Below are positions 51,873 to 59,323 of a DNA stretch of 64,000 nt, in pieces (within the stretch, counting starts at the first letter, position 1; every line of letters starts with the position of its first letter). The stretch lies in IMG/VR virus record IMGVR_UViG_3300042010_000129, positions 160,001 through 224,000 of that record, one strand, 5' to 3'. The stretch is from a virus. Its lineage: Duplodnaviria; Caudoviricetes. The position numbers and the translations under genes were made by a program. Below the pieces are notes generated by a model. The model worked only from the letters and a program-made list of their open reading frames with translations, had not been told where the DNA came from and ran no database searches.

Positions 51873-52369
51873 GGTTTCGTTCCTTCTATGACTTTAAAAT
51901 TGGCACGGTTGCCCAACGCAAAACAATTGCGCAGTTCACCGGGCGGCACGTCGCGCATAATCAGCATGCCGTTACCGGTGCTGGTGATGTGCTGTTCGAG
52001 TTCTGAATATTCCACGTCGTCGAGCATGGCGAGCAATGCCGCTTCAATATCCGGCTGCTGGAATTTCAGACGTTGCTTTGTGTGTTCTTCGTTGTGCTGT
52101 TCTTTCGTGAGGTTGTGCAGCACAACAATTGTCAGGTGTTCGTATTCCAGTTCCTCAGTGCCGCGCATTAATTTCACGGCGTACATATACGGGCGCAGTT
52201 TCAAATGTTCGAACGCCACAGAACTGCGCACGTCCACATTGATTTTGAAAAGGTCAGGGTCGGTCATATGCCCGCTGACTTTTTCAGCTAGTTCTGGATT
52301 CTGCCCAACGAGGGGCCACACGTCCGCTTTCGTGGGAACCGTGGGCGACAGCACGGCAATATAAAACAT
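51869..52369 (-). CDS. Hypothetical protein
   Basis: RBS supplied by family A repeat. Confidence 0.7.
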   Translation of the reverse strand: MFYIAVLSPTVPTKADVWPLVGQNPELAEKVSGHMTDPDLFKINVDVRSSVAFEHLKLRPYMYAVKLMRGTEELEYEHLTIVVLHNLTKEQHNEEHTKQRLKFQQPDIEAALLAMLDDVEYSELEQHITSTGNGMLIMRDVPPGELRNCFALGNRANFKVIEGTKP

Positions 52370-52377
52370 GGTTTCAA

Positions 52378-52422
52378 TTCCTTGATAAAGGTCACTACCG
52401 ACAAACCCCGCACAGGGCGGGG
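52378..52422 (-). repeat. Hairpin+RBS intergenic repeat (family A, 11-nt internal deletion)
   Basis: ttccttgataaaggtc-actaccgacaaaccccgcacagggcgggg. Confidence 0.85.
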
Positions 52423-52437
52423 TAGTGGTGCAGCTAT

Positions 52438-52809
52438 TTAGGCGCGGCGAACTTTGCCCTTACGCGGATATTTGTTTTTCGTTTTCTTCGCCCGCGTGAA
52501 AAGCAGCGCCATGTTTTCCGGCTGCGACTTTATATAGCTGTCGTGCCACAGGGCATTGCGCAGCGTGCGCAGATCGCACGGGCCTATATCATCCTTGCCC
52601 GGTGTAACGAGCATGCAGCCATTACCTTCGTGTGGAATCACGATGGTGGCGCGGGTGAAAATGAACTGGCAAATATCAATCGCCAGATGATCCGCTTCCT
52701 GCCGGGTTTTCAATTCGAACACAGTGTCGAGCGGCCCCGGCACAATGTGCGGGTTAGGTGCGAACAGCGCTTGAATTTGGGGCAGTTGCGAAAGCATGGA
52801 ATTTTGCAT
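52438..52809 (-). CDS. Hypothetical protein
   Basis: 123-aa ORF. Confidence 0.65.
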   Translation of the reverse strand: MQNSMLSQLPQIQALFAPNPHIVPGPLDTVFELKTRQEADHLAIDICQFIFTRATIVIPHEGNGCMLVTPGKDDIGPCDLRTLRNALWHDSYIKSQPENMALLFTRAKKTKNKYPRKGKVRRA

Positions 52810-52824
52810 GGTCAGATCCTCAGA

Positions 52825-53028
52825 TTAAAGTTTAATTCGTTTCACTTTCACGGTCGGGCACTTCGTACAGTGCATCGTGAAGCTGCGGTGATGGATTACA
52901 CCCGCGTGCGCCATATCAACATCAATAATGCGACCATACTGATCAGAACGCCATGCCACATTTTTGATATGCACCACTTTATAATTGTGGTCGCACAGAC
53001 CAAGAAGCCAACGCAGAATTTTAATCAC
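52825..53028 (-). CDS. Small zinc-binding protein
   Basis: CDH ... CTKC. Confidence 0.6.
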   Translation of the reverse strand: MIKILRWLLGLCDHNYKVVHIKNVAWRSDQYGRIIDVDMAHAGVIHHRSFTMHCTKCPTVKVKRIKL

Positions 53029-53531
53029 TTGGCTTTCTCCACGACAGCAACGCGTTTGTGTTCACGGCGGGCGTTACCGGTTACGCAGCGTTTGTCTTTA
53101 GCGCCTGCCATCCAAACAAATGCAGGCGTGATACGAACCACGTAATGGCAATAAAGCGTCGATCCGCTGCAATCCCCGTAGGCCACCAAATCACCGAGGC
53201 CGATTTCCACGCCGCGCACGTCACACGGTGCTTTCTCTTTTGCAACGCCTTTCTTTTTTGCCAACGCCTCTTTTCTCGGCATGGACTTATCGTGGCGTGC
53301 AGGTTTCGAGGTCTGCTCTTCCTGCGCAACTTCCCGCGTGTCTTTCAACCTGCAAATCGCCGCCAGTTCTTCAACGGTCGAAATCGACATGTCAGCCACG
53401 GAAAGGAAATCCATGAATTCCGGCGCGTTTCCAGAAATGTCGAACAACGCGTGCCCGCTGCCGTAGCAACGAATTTTCATGTTGTTGGGTTTCAGGCGGC
53501 GGTTCACTTTGGCGATGTTGTTCGGGGTCAT
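53025..53531 (-). CDS. Two-domain hypothetical protein (C-terminal SH3/KOW-like)
   Basis: DVRGVEIGLGDLVAY...VVRITPAFV; RBS from family A repeat. Confidence 0.65.
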   Translation of the reverse strand: MTPNNIAKVNRRLKPNNMKIRCYGSGHALFDISGNAPEFMDFLSVADMSISTVEELAAICRLKDTREVAQEEQTSKPARHDKSMPRKEALAKKKGVAKEKAPCDVRGVEIGLGDLVAYGDCSGSTLYCHYVVRITPAFVWMAGAKDKRCVTGNARREHKRVAVVEKAK

Positions 53532-53538
53532 GGTTTTG

Positions 53539-53594
53539 TTCCTTGATAAAGGTCGATTTGGTTTACTACTGACAAAGCCCGCACATGGCGGGCT
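53539..53594 (-). repeat. Hairpin+RBS intergenic repeat (family A)
   Basis: 4 mismatches to 39729-39784. Confidence 0.85.
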
Positions 53595-53607
53595 AAGTGT
53601 TCAGGTT

Positions 53608-53883
53608 TTAATTAATTCGCACTGCGGGCTTCTGCCCCATCTTGCAAACCAGCGAACCGTTTTCGTTGATGCGCGATTCTGGCGTACACATCCAGATTTG
53701 CACATTCTTGGAACGGGTAGGGCCACCACGCTGTTTATCCGACTCGGCAATTGCTTCGTCGAGATTCGCGCCCTTGCCCCAGTAACCGGAATCGCACGCG
53801 AAAATGAAATGCGTCAGCGACTGGTCAACGGTGGCCGGATCAACGCGCAATTCGAATTTACCCATTTTCAATTTGTTCGCCAT
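53608..53883 (-). CDS. Hypothetical protein, paralog of 48900-49178
   Basis: Shared motifs; AAGGA SD. Confidence 0.7.
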   Translation of the reverse strand: MANKLKMGKFELRVDPATVDQSLTHFIFACDSGYWGKGANLDEAIAESDKQRGGPTRSKNVQIWMCTPESRINENGSLVCKMGQKPAVRIN

Positions 53884-53885
53884 TT

Positions 53886-54146
53886 TTAATTTCCTTGTCC
53901 GTGGTCACGATTCAGAACCGCTTCGATACGAATTCTGAGTGGGTCTTGCATTGGTTTCGAACGGGTGTAGCACTGCGCAATTGTTTCGCGCAGCAATTCC
54001 CGCAACTCTTCAACTTCGGTCAACGCTTTGGCCGGGGCGCCGCGTGGATCTAATCGACCGCACGCCAAGCATTCACCGTAGTACGGATCGGCTTCAGTTA
54101 CATCGCTGCACGCCGGGCAATATTCGTCATCGTGTTGGTCGCACAT
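53886..54146 (-). CDS. Zinc-finger protein
   Basis: CPAC ... CLAC. Confidence 0.65.
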   Translation of the reverse strand: MCDQHDDEYCPACSDVTEADPYYGECLACGRLDPRGAPAKALTEVEELRELLRETIAQCYTRSKPMQDPLRIRIEAVLNRDHGQGN

Positions 54147-54149
54147 TGT

Positions 54150-54635
54150 TCAGCCCTCAAAACCGTTTGCTTTGTCTTCCGCGAAAAACGCATGGGGGAA
54201 TTTGCTGCGATCAAAATTCCCACCTTCCGGATGCGTGGCGAGATAAAATTGTGCGCGGCGTTCTGCTTCCATGCCCCGGCGAATAGTTTCTTCCAGATCC
54301 CACAATTCTTGCATTTCGTGTTTGTGGATATATTCACCGCTTGGCTTGCGGCTCAACTCTTCGCGGCGGGCCTGCAATTTGCGGATCATTTCGAAACCCG
54401 GCTGTTCTGGCTTGGGTTCCATTTTCGCAACCAGTTCACGACCTTCAGCAACCCACTGATCGAAACCCAAATGGTTCAAGGCGCAAACCACGACGCTGTG
54501 CGTTTCGTACAGGCCTTTCGGTTGGTTGTCGTAGGAGAAATAATAGTAGCCTTCACCTTTGTGCAAATTCAGGTGGTCGCAGCCGATGGCTTTCATAATG
54601 GCGGCAGTGGTAATGCGTTTGGTGGTCGTGGTCAT
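54150..54635 (-). CDS. Hypothetical protein
   Basis: RBS from family A repeat. Confidence 0.7.
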   Translation of the reverse strand: MTTTTKRITTAAIMKAIGCDHLNLHKGEGYYYFSYDNQPKGLYETHSVVVCALNHLGFDQWVAEGRELVAKMEPKPEQPGFEMIRKLQARREELSRKPSGEYIHKHEMQELWDLEETIRRGMEAERRAQFYLATHPEGGNFDRSKFPHAFFAEDKANGFEG

Positions 54636-54642
54636 TTTTGCA

Positions 54643-54698
54643 TTCCTTGATAAAGGGCGATTTGTTTTACTACCGACAAACCCCGCACAGGGCGGGGG
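54643..54698 (-). repeat. Hairpin+RBS intergenic repeat (family A)
   Basis: ttccttgataaagggcgatttgttttactaccgacaaaccccgcacagggcgggg. Confidence 0.85.
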
Positions 54699-54707
54699 CT
54701 ATTTGTA

Positions 54708-55034
54708 TCAGTCGTTCGACCAATTTACATCGGTTTCAACACCGTGGCGGTTGATGATTTTCAACGCACGGGGTTTCCTGTTTTCCTCTTCAACCGCTTT
54801 GTATGCGTCGGAGGCCTGCACAGAAGTTTTCCCGGCGATGTAATCTTTCAGGAAAATCATTTCCAGTTCACCGCCACGATAAACCTCACGGCCCAGCAGC
54901 GATTCGGTTTCGGTCAGCCACTGTTCATAAGCGGCACGTTCGTCGTGAGTCACAGGATGGCCGAACATTTCAGCCAACCACTTTTCAAATGCGGCGCGTT
55001 GCTTCACAGGTATTTTGCTATTGAAGTCTGTCAT
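54708..55034 (-). CDS. Hypothetical protein
   Basis: AGGAG SD. Confidence 0.7.
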   Translation of the reverse strand: MTDFNSKIPVKQRAAFEKWLAEMFGHPVTHDERAAYEQWLTETESLLGREVYRGGELEMIFLKDYIAGKTSVQASDAYKAVEEENRKPRALKIINRHGVETDVNWSND

Positions 55035-55062
55035 TCGAATTTCTCCTAAGCACGAAATGTGC

Positions 55063-55092
55063 TACTACCTACAAACCCCGCACAGGGCGGGG
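55063..55092 (-). repeat. Family A hairpin repeat (without TATCAAGGAA RBS)
   Basis: tactacctacaaaccccgcacagggcgggg. Confidence 0.8.
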
Positions 55093-55099
55093 TAGTTGG

Positions 55100-55387
55100 T
55101 TAATGCATTGTCAGGACTTCTACAATCTCACCGCCGAAAACGCCAGTGCTGCGTATTCGTTCGCTGTCGTGATTCCATCGTGGCTGGTGCTTTTCCATCG
55201 GCGCATAAACCGTGTCAGCATCCATATCAACGCACATCGTGTCAGGTGCATTTACCCAACGCAGAACTTCGGTGACGGTGCCTGTACCGGTCGAACCGTG
55301 ACGGCTTTTAATTCGTACACGCGTGCCTTTCTGAATCTTGCGGCCTTCGTGGGTAATGAAATACGGGATTGCGTTTTTGTGTCCCAT
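55100..55387 (-). CDS. Small SH3-like beta protein
   Basis: GTRVRIK...GTGTVTEV pattern. Confidence 0.6.
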   Translation of the reverse strand: MGHKNAIPYFITHEGRKIQKGTRVRIKSRHGSTGTGTVTEVLRWVNAPDTMCVDMDADTVYAPMEKHQPRWNHDSERIRSTGVFGGEIVEVLTMH

Positions 55388-55397
55388 GCTACTGACC

Positions 55398-55775
55398 TCA
55401 GAAATTAACCATGCGGTTGGAACCGGTGCGGCCCATCTTCAAAATAGCGCCGTCTTTATAGTAGACAGCGATATTCGTTTCCAGACCTTCGCGGCTGTAG
55501 CAATAGAAGTCGATCACGGCGCGACCGTCTTCGGTCAATGGAACGCCAGCACGGAAACCAGCCCACGAAATAAAATCGTTCAGGTCTGTGTCCTGCCAGT
55601 CTTCCGTTTTTGCAACCAGCGCAATGTTCAACGACTGTTCAATTGTGCCGTCTTGCAGATTGATACGCGTGCCGCCTTCCATTCGAGTAAGGCCCCGGAC
55701 TTCGCGTTTGGTGAAGTCGCGAATCCGTTTGCATTCGTCGGCGGTCGGTTTCCATACGTTGTGTTTAGCGGCCAT
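55398..55775 (-). CDS. Hypothetical protein, first gene after sigma70 promoter
   Basis: Start re-set to MAAKH after AGGGAAG SD. Confidence 0.75.
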   Translation of the reverse strand: MAAKHNVWKPTADECKRIRDFTKREVRGLTRMEGGTRINLQDGTIEQSLNIALVAKTEDWQDTDLNDFISWAGFRAGVPLTEDGRAVIDFYCYSREGLETNIAVYYKDGAILKMGRTGSNRMVNF

Positions 55776-55779
55776 TTCA

Positions 55780-55867
55780 AACTTCCCTAATTGCGTGAGT
55801 GTTAGATTAGCGGACACAGAAAGTCCGTTGAGGCCCCAAAGGTATCAAAGCACCTATAGAACGTCAA
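55780..55867 (-). promoter_or_regulatory. sigma70 promoter (extended -10) plus 5' hairpin plus leader box
   Basis: TTGACG(55867-55862)-17 nt-TGn TACCTT(55844-55839); leader box 55780-55801; homologous to 44618-44704. Confidence 0.8.
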
Positions 55868-55911
55868 ACGGTTTCGGAAACGGCCCGGAAACCAAACCGG
55901 GGGCCAGAAAC

Positions 55912-55934
55912 GACAAAGCCCGCACAGGGCGGGC
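55912..55934 (-). terminator. Family A hairpin, probable terminator
   Basis: gacaaagcccgcacagggcgggc; followed on mRNA by UUUGUCGUUUC. Confidence 0.7.
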
Positions 55935-55984
55935 TAAGTGGTTGCTATATAGAGAACGTGGCGCTACGGGCGCAGGGCGGGCAT

Positions 55985-56494
55985 CTAGGCTGCTTCGTTT
56001 AGCACAAGCTGCATCGCCTGCCGATCCGGGTAGAACGTGGCGACGTGGCGCATGATCGAAAGCGGACGGCCCCACAGTTCCAGATTGCGGCCCCGGTCGA
56101 AATACACGGTGCAAAGTTTTTCACCGGGCAACGGGCCTTTGACAAAACGCAAACCGTCAGCGATTCGCATATGGGCCAATGCCTGTTCTTTTTTCGCCTG
56201 ATAGAAATCCGTCGTCGTGTCGGTATCGGTCAGCGTTTGCAACCCGGCAATAAATCCGTGCGTGCTTGTGTTTCGTTTTGCGGCGTCAACCGCAATGTCA
56301 CTCATTGGCGTGTGGTCGAAATACGCCAGCGCCTTGCTTAGAAATTCGAGCAATTCGTTTTTGTGCGGCACGTACTGCTGATTTTCGAGCAACTGCAATT
56401 GCTCCTTTGTAATGCACACGTATGCGGCAAGGTCAGCTTGACCAATGGCGAGGCGTTTGCGCCAGACTTGAATTTTGCGGCCTGATAGTTTCAT
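55985..56494 (-). CDS. XRE/Cro-C1 HTH protein with C-terminal domain
   Basis: GRKIQVWRKRLAIGQADLAAYVCITKEQLQLLEN. Confidence 0.7.
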   Translation of the reverse strand: MKLSGRKIQVWRKRLAIGQADLAAYVCITKEQLQLLENQQYVPHKNELLEFLSKALAYFDHTPMSDIAVDAAKRNTSTHGFIAGLQTLTDTDTTTDFYQAKKEQALAHMRIADGLRFVKGPLPGEKLCTVYFDRGRNLELWGRPLSIMRHVATFYPDRQAMQLVLNEAA

Positions 56495-56519
56495 GCGTGA
56501 AGTCCATTTTATTCGGGCA

Positions 56520-56550
56520 TAAAAAAGCCCCGCACAGGGCGAGGCTTTTC
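56520..56550 (-). terminator. Rho-independent terminator (family A hairpin)
   Basis: mRNA GCCUCGC-CCUGU-GCGGGGC-UUUUUUA; U-G pair works only on the minus strand. Confidence 0.85.
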
Positions 56551-56562
56551 CGTTACGGGGTT

Positions 56563-56997
56563 TTACTGCTGGTGATTGGCGAACAGTTCCTGCATAAGCG
56601 CAGCAGCCTTCACCGGATCGGCATCAGCAGGAATTTCCACGCTGACCATTTGTTTCTTTGCTTTGTTGCGAACGGTCGTGTTGTAAAACAGATTGCGGGC
56701 AGTGTCGCTAACCGACTGCGGTTCGCCCGGCGCGGCCAAACGAGTCAGTACCCAAATCTCACATTCGTATTCGCACGCAACCCAGTCGCCATACTTCTTG
56801 TGGAAACCGGAACCCGTCAGTTGATCGCAGATTTGTTCCGCGAACTGAGTACGGGTCAGCTTGGAAAATTTCATCGCGCTGAACATTGCACGAATGTCGA
56901 AGAAAACCGTTGTCTTGCTGGCGACCTTCGCAGCATCCACCATCGAGAGAACTTGGGTTTCAACTTTTGTAATGTCAGCAGGATCGTACTTAGCCAT
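56563..56997 (-). CDS. Hypothetical protein
   Basis: AAGGA SD. Confidence 0.75.
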   Translation of the reverse strand: MAKYDPADITKVETQVLSMVDAAKVASKTTVFFDIRAMFSAMKFSKLTRTQFAEQICDQLTGSGFHKKYGDWVACEYECEIWVLTRLAAPGEPQSVSDTARNLFYNTTVRNKAKKQMVSVEIPADADPVKAAALMQELFANHQQ

Positions 56998-57102
56998 CGT
57001 TTTGTTTCCTTTGCCAACCTATATGAATGCACCGGGCGCCATGCCGGTCAGCAGTAGCCAGCGCCTAGTGTTTGTTGCTCTGTAGTATTTACAGTTTTTC
57101 GA

Positions 57103-57477
57103 TCACAGCAAAATGCCTGTGCGGATCAGGTGTACAAACCCGCCCGGATCGAAGCTGAAAGATTTCTGATTGATGCGGTATTTATTCAGCAGATTGAAAA
57201 AGCGGTTCTGCTGGTACTGGTCGGTTTCGTCCAGATATTTAACGTCGTCACAAACCGCCGCCTGTAGATAGGCAACGTCTTTGTCTGCGCGTTCGCTGTC
57301 CGGGCTTTTCGTCAGGTGGTTGACGTACACGTCTTCGAGCCGAACGATTGCATGCAGCAGCGGCAACGGCACGTCGGAAAGCGATGGAATGTAGAAGAAC
57401 GCAATTTCTTCCGGAATCTGCTCGTAACAAAGCAGAATGTTGTCGCGTTTGTGTTCGCTCAATGATTGTTCGCTCAT
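57103..57477 (-). CDS. Hypothetical protein
   Basis: GGAG SD. Confidence 0.7.
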   Translation of the reverse strand: MSEQSLSEHKRDNILLCYEQIPEEIAFFYIPSLSDVPLPLLHAIVRLEDVYVNHLTKSPDSERADKDVAYLQAAVCDDVKYLDETDQYQQNRFFNLLNKYRINQKSFSFDPGGFVHLIRTGILL

Positions 57478-57490
57478 AGCGTCACTCCAA

Positions 57491-57694
57491 TTATTGTTTC
57501 ACGTAGACGGTAATATCGTCGTCCTGCAAAACATATTCGTCACGGGTTTGGCGGCAAACGTCCAGATCATCATCTGTTGCGATAATCACTTCGTTAACGT
57601 TTCCGTCCGGCATTCTACGAAGCACGGCGGCAGAGAAACCACTGATCATCATTGCGCCCAGTTTCAAACCCATAGAGGCCAGTGAATCGCTCAT
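57491..57694 (-). CDS. Small acidic protein, first gene after sigma70 promoter
   Basis: AAGGGAAG SD within leader box. Confidence 0.7.
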   Translation of the reverse strand: MSDSLASMGLKLGAMMISGFSAAVLRRMPDGNVNEVIIATDDDLDVCRQTRDEYVLQDDDITVYVKQ

Positions 57695-57698
57695 GGAA

Positions 57699-57783
57699 AA
57701 CTTCCCTTATTTCGTGAGTGTAGTTACGTCGGGCACAGGGGTGCCACGCTGCACAGTATGCACTTCTAGAGCGCTGGCGTCAA
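57699..57783 (-). promoter_or_regulatory. sigma70 promoter plus 5' hairpin plus leader box
   Basis: TTGACG(57783-57778)-17 nt-TG CATACT(57760-57755); leader box 57699-57720. Confidence 0.75.
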
Positions 57784-58140
57784 GGCTAGGCTGTCCAGCC
57801 ACATGCGCTTGACCGGGCTGTAATAGCGGCGCGAGACAGGGAAGTTAAATCCGCCCTTCAACGACACGAAATAATCGGAGGATGCAGGGGCGCGACCTAC
57901 TTCAATGATCGAATTCAAACGAACCAAAGTACCGCGATGGACTGGAATAAAATCCTCTTTGAAACGTTCGTCCGCAATCAACTGACGCAGCGATTCAGTC
58001 CAGATCGGACGATCCTTGTTATTGCGCAAAATAACTTCGACGTATTTGTCGGAAGCGTGAAACGCAACAATGTCTTCGCGGTTGAATTCGATCACACGCA
58101 AACCGAGGCGCGTGCTAAATTCGAAGGTCGTGCCCTGCAT
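57766..58140 (-). CDS. Stand-alone LytTR DNA-binding domain, AlgR-like (no receiver domain)
   Basis: STRLGLRVI..EDIVAFHASDKYV..ESLRQL..FIPVHRGTLV..RAP..LKG..PVSRR aligns to the AlgR C-terminal domain (RTRKGIELI..EEVIFFIADHKYV..EPLKAL..FVRIHRNALV..RTP..LKG..TVSRR). Confidence 0.85.
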   Translation of the reverse strand: MQGTTFEFSTRLGLRVIEFNREDIVAFHASDKYVEVILRNNKDRPIWTESLRQLIADERFKEDFIPVHRGTLVRLNSIIEVGRAPASSDYFVSLKGGFNFPVSRRYYSPVKRMWLDSLALTPAL

Positions 58141-58149
58141 GGTATTTCC

Positions 58150-58758
58150 TTATGTTTTGAGCAAAGCCAGCAAATCTTTCAGTTCGTCTTTGGAACGTTG
58201 AGCAACGCTGTCCTGAACTTTTTTGCTGCTGGATTTGAAATAGATCGCAACCGAAGAGCCGCGATAGTTTTGGACTTTCTCGATGAACTCTTTGTCAGTC
58301 CCTTTGAAGTTCGGGCCGAGTGCCTTGATGGTCAGGCTGGTGTTCGGCCCGTACTGAATCGAAACGCTCAGCACACATTCGCGCACCGCAACATGGCGGT
58401 CGTAAATGTCGATGTAGCTGGCCTTCAGTTTCGCGGCCTGCGGTTCGTAGTGCGTCGATGCGATGTACAGAAATTGGTTGGTCGCAAATTCGAGCGGTTT
58501 TTCTGCTGCGATTTTGTTGTAGACCTCGGTAAACGCTTTGGTGCCCGGTTCCAGACTGCCAAACGCTGCGCGGTAAGGCGCACCGAATTGCGAAGCGAGG
58601 TATTTCGCCATGGAACCATTTTTCGAAGCCAGTTGGTGCTTGCCGTAGCTCACACCGCCCGCGTCACCTTTGCCAGTGCTGACGGTTTTTACGCCACGGC
58701 CACCGGATTCATATTTACCAGCGATATCGCCGGTAATCTCACGTCGTGCATTAGTCAT
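58150..58758 (-). CDS. Lysozyme-like peptidoglycan hydrolase (VgrG3 C-terminal-like)
   Basis: KYESGGRGVKTVSTGKGDAGGVSYGKHQLASKNG...HYEP...SVSIQYGP pattern. Confidence 0.75.
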   Translation of the reverse strand: MTNARREITGDIAGKYESGGRGVKTVSTGKGDAGGVSYGKHQLASKNGSMAKYLASQFGAPYRAAFGSLEPGTKAFTEVYNKIAAEKPLEFATNQFLYIASTHYEPQAAKLKASYIDIYDRHVAVRECVLSVSIQYGPNTSLTIKALGPNFKGTDKEFIEKVQNYRGSSVAIYFKSSSKKVQDSVAQRSKDELKDLLALLKT

Positions 58759-58807
58759 AGTGACTTTTCCTTTCGGTTGGTTTCTATGACTAAATTACGA
58801 CGATCAA

Positions 58808-59323
58808 TTATTTACGTTCCGGATGTACAACATTTCCGGTTGGAACCAGCAGGCCGCTGAAGTTTGTCCACTCGGAACTGCTTTCGCAGCGTGGGCACTT
58901 GTGCTTGAATTTGTGGTCGCCCAAAACTTCCAACAACAAATCCTGTGCAGGTTCGTCAGTCAGAAACTTTTTGCAATTCGGACATTGCAAATCCAGTGGG
59001 CCACGGCTCACACCGTCGCGCCCCGACATACCGACGCAGCCCATAGCGCCCTGCATCCCCGGTGGCCCTTGAAAGATTTTCAACCAGCGCGCAAGCAGTG
59101 GCATCCACGTAACAATGCCCTGATAATCACGATAGTTTCCGACGTAGCGTTTTGCACAATCTTCTGCGACGCTGCGTGGATCAAGTTCGTTGTTGTAGCA
59201 GTCCAGTTTTTCGGACTCTTCTTCGAAAATCGTGTCGGAAATGTTGAACCATGTAGGCCACAACATCGGACGCATTTGCGGGATATAACTCCCGTCTTTG
59301 TAAAGCACTCGACTGTACATCAA
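58808..59323 (-). CDS. Hypothetical protein with C-terminal zinc ribbon
   Basis: CPNCK ... CPRCE. Confidence 0.65.
   Translation of the reverse strand: MMYSRVLYKDGSYIPQMRPMLWPTWFNISDTIFEEESEKLDCYNNELDPRSVAEDCAKRYVGNYRDYQGIVTWMPLLARWLKIFQGPPGMQGAMGCVGMSGRDGVSRGPLDLQCPNCKKFLTDEPAQDLLLEVLGDHKFKHKCPRCESSSEWTNFSGLLVPTGNVVHPERK

Noticed and set aside
52378-56550. Repeats as a CRISPR array or integron attC sites
   Set aside because: Spacing is hundreds of bases to over 1 kb and contains whole genes; no cas genes or integrase; no RYYYAAC/GTTRRRY attC boxes seen.
57491-58758. Holin-endolysin-spanin lysis cassette
   Set aside because: Neighbours of the muramidase lack TM or lipoprotein signatures.
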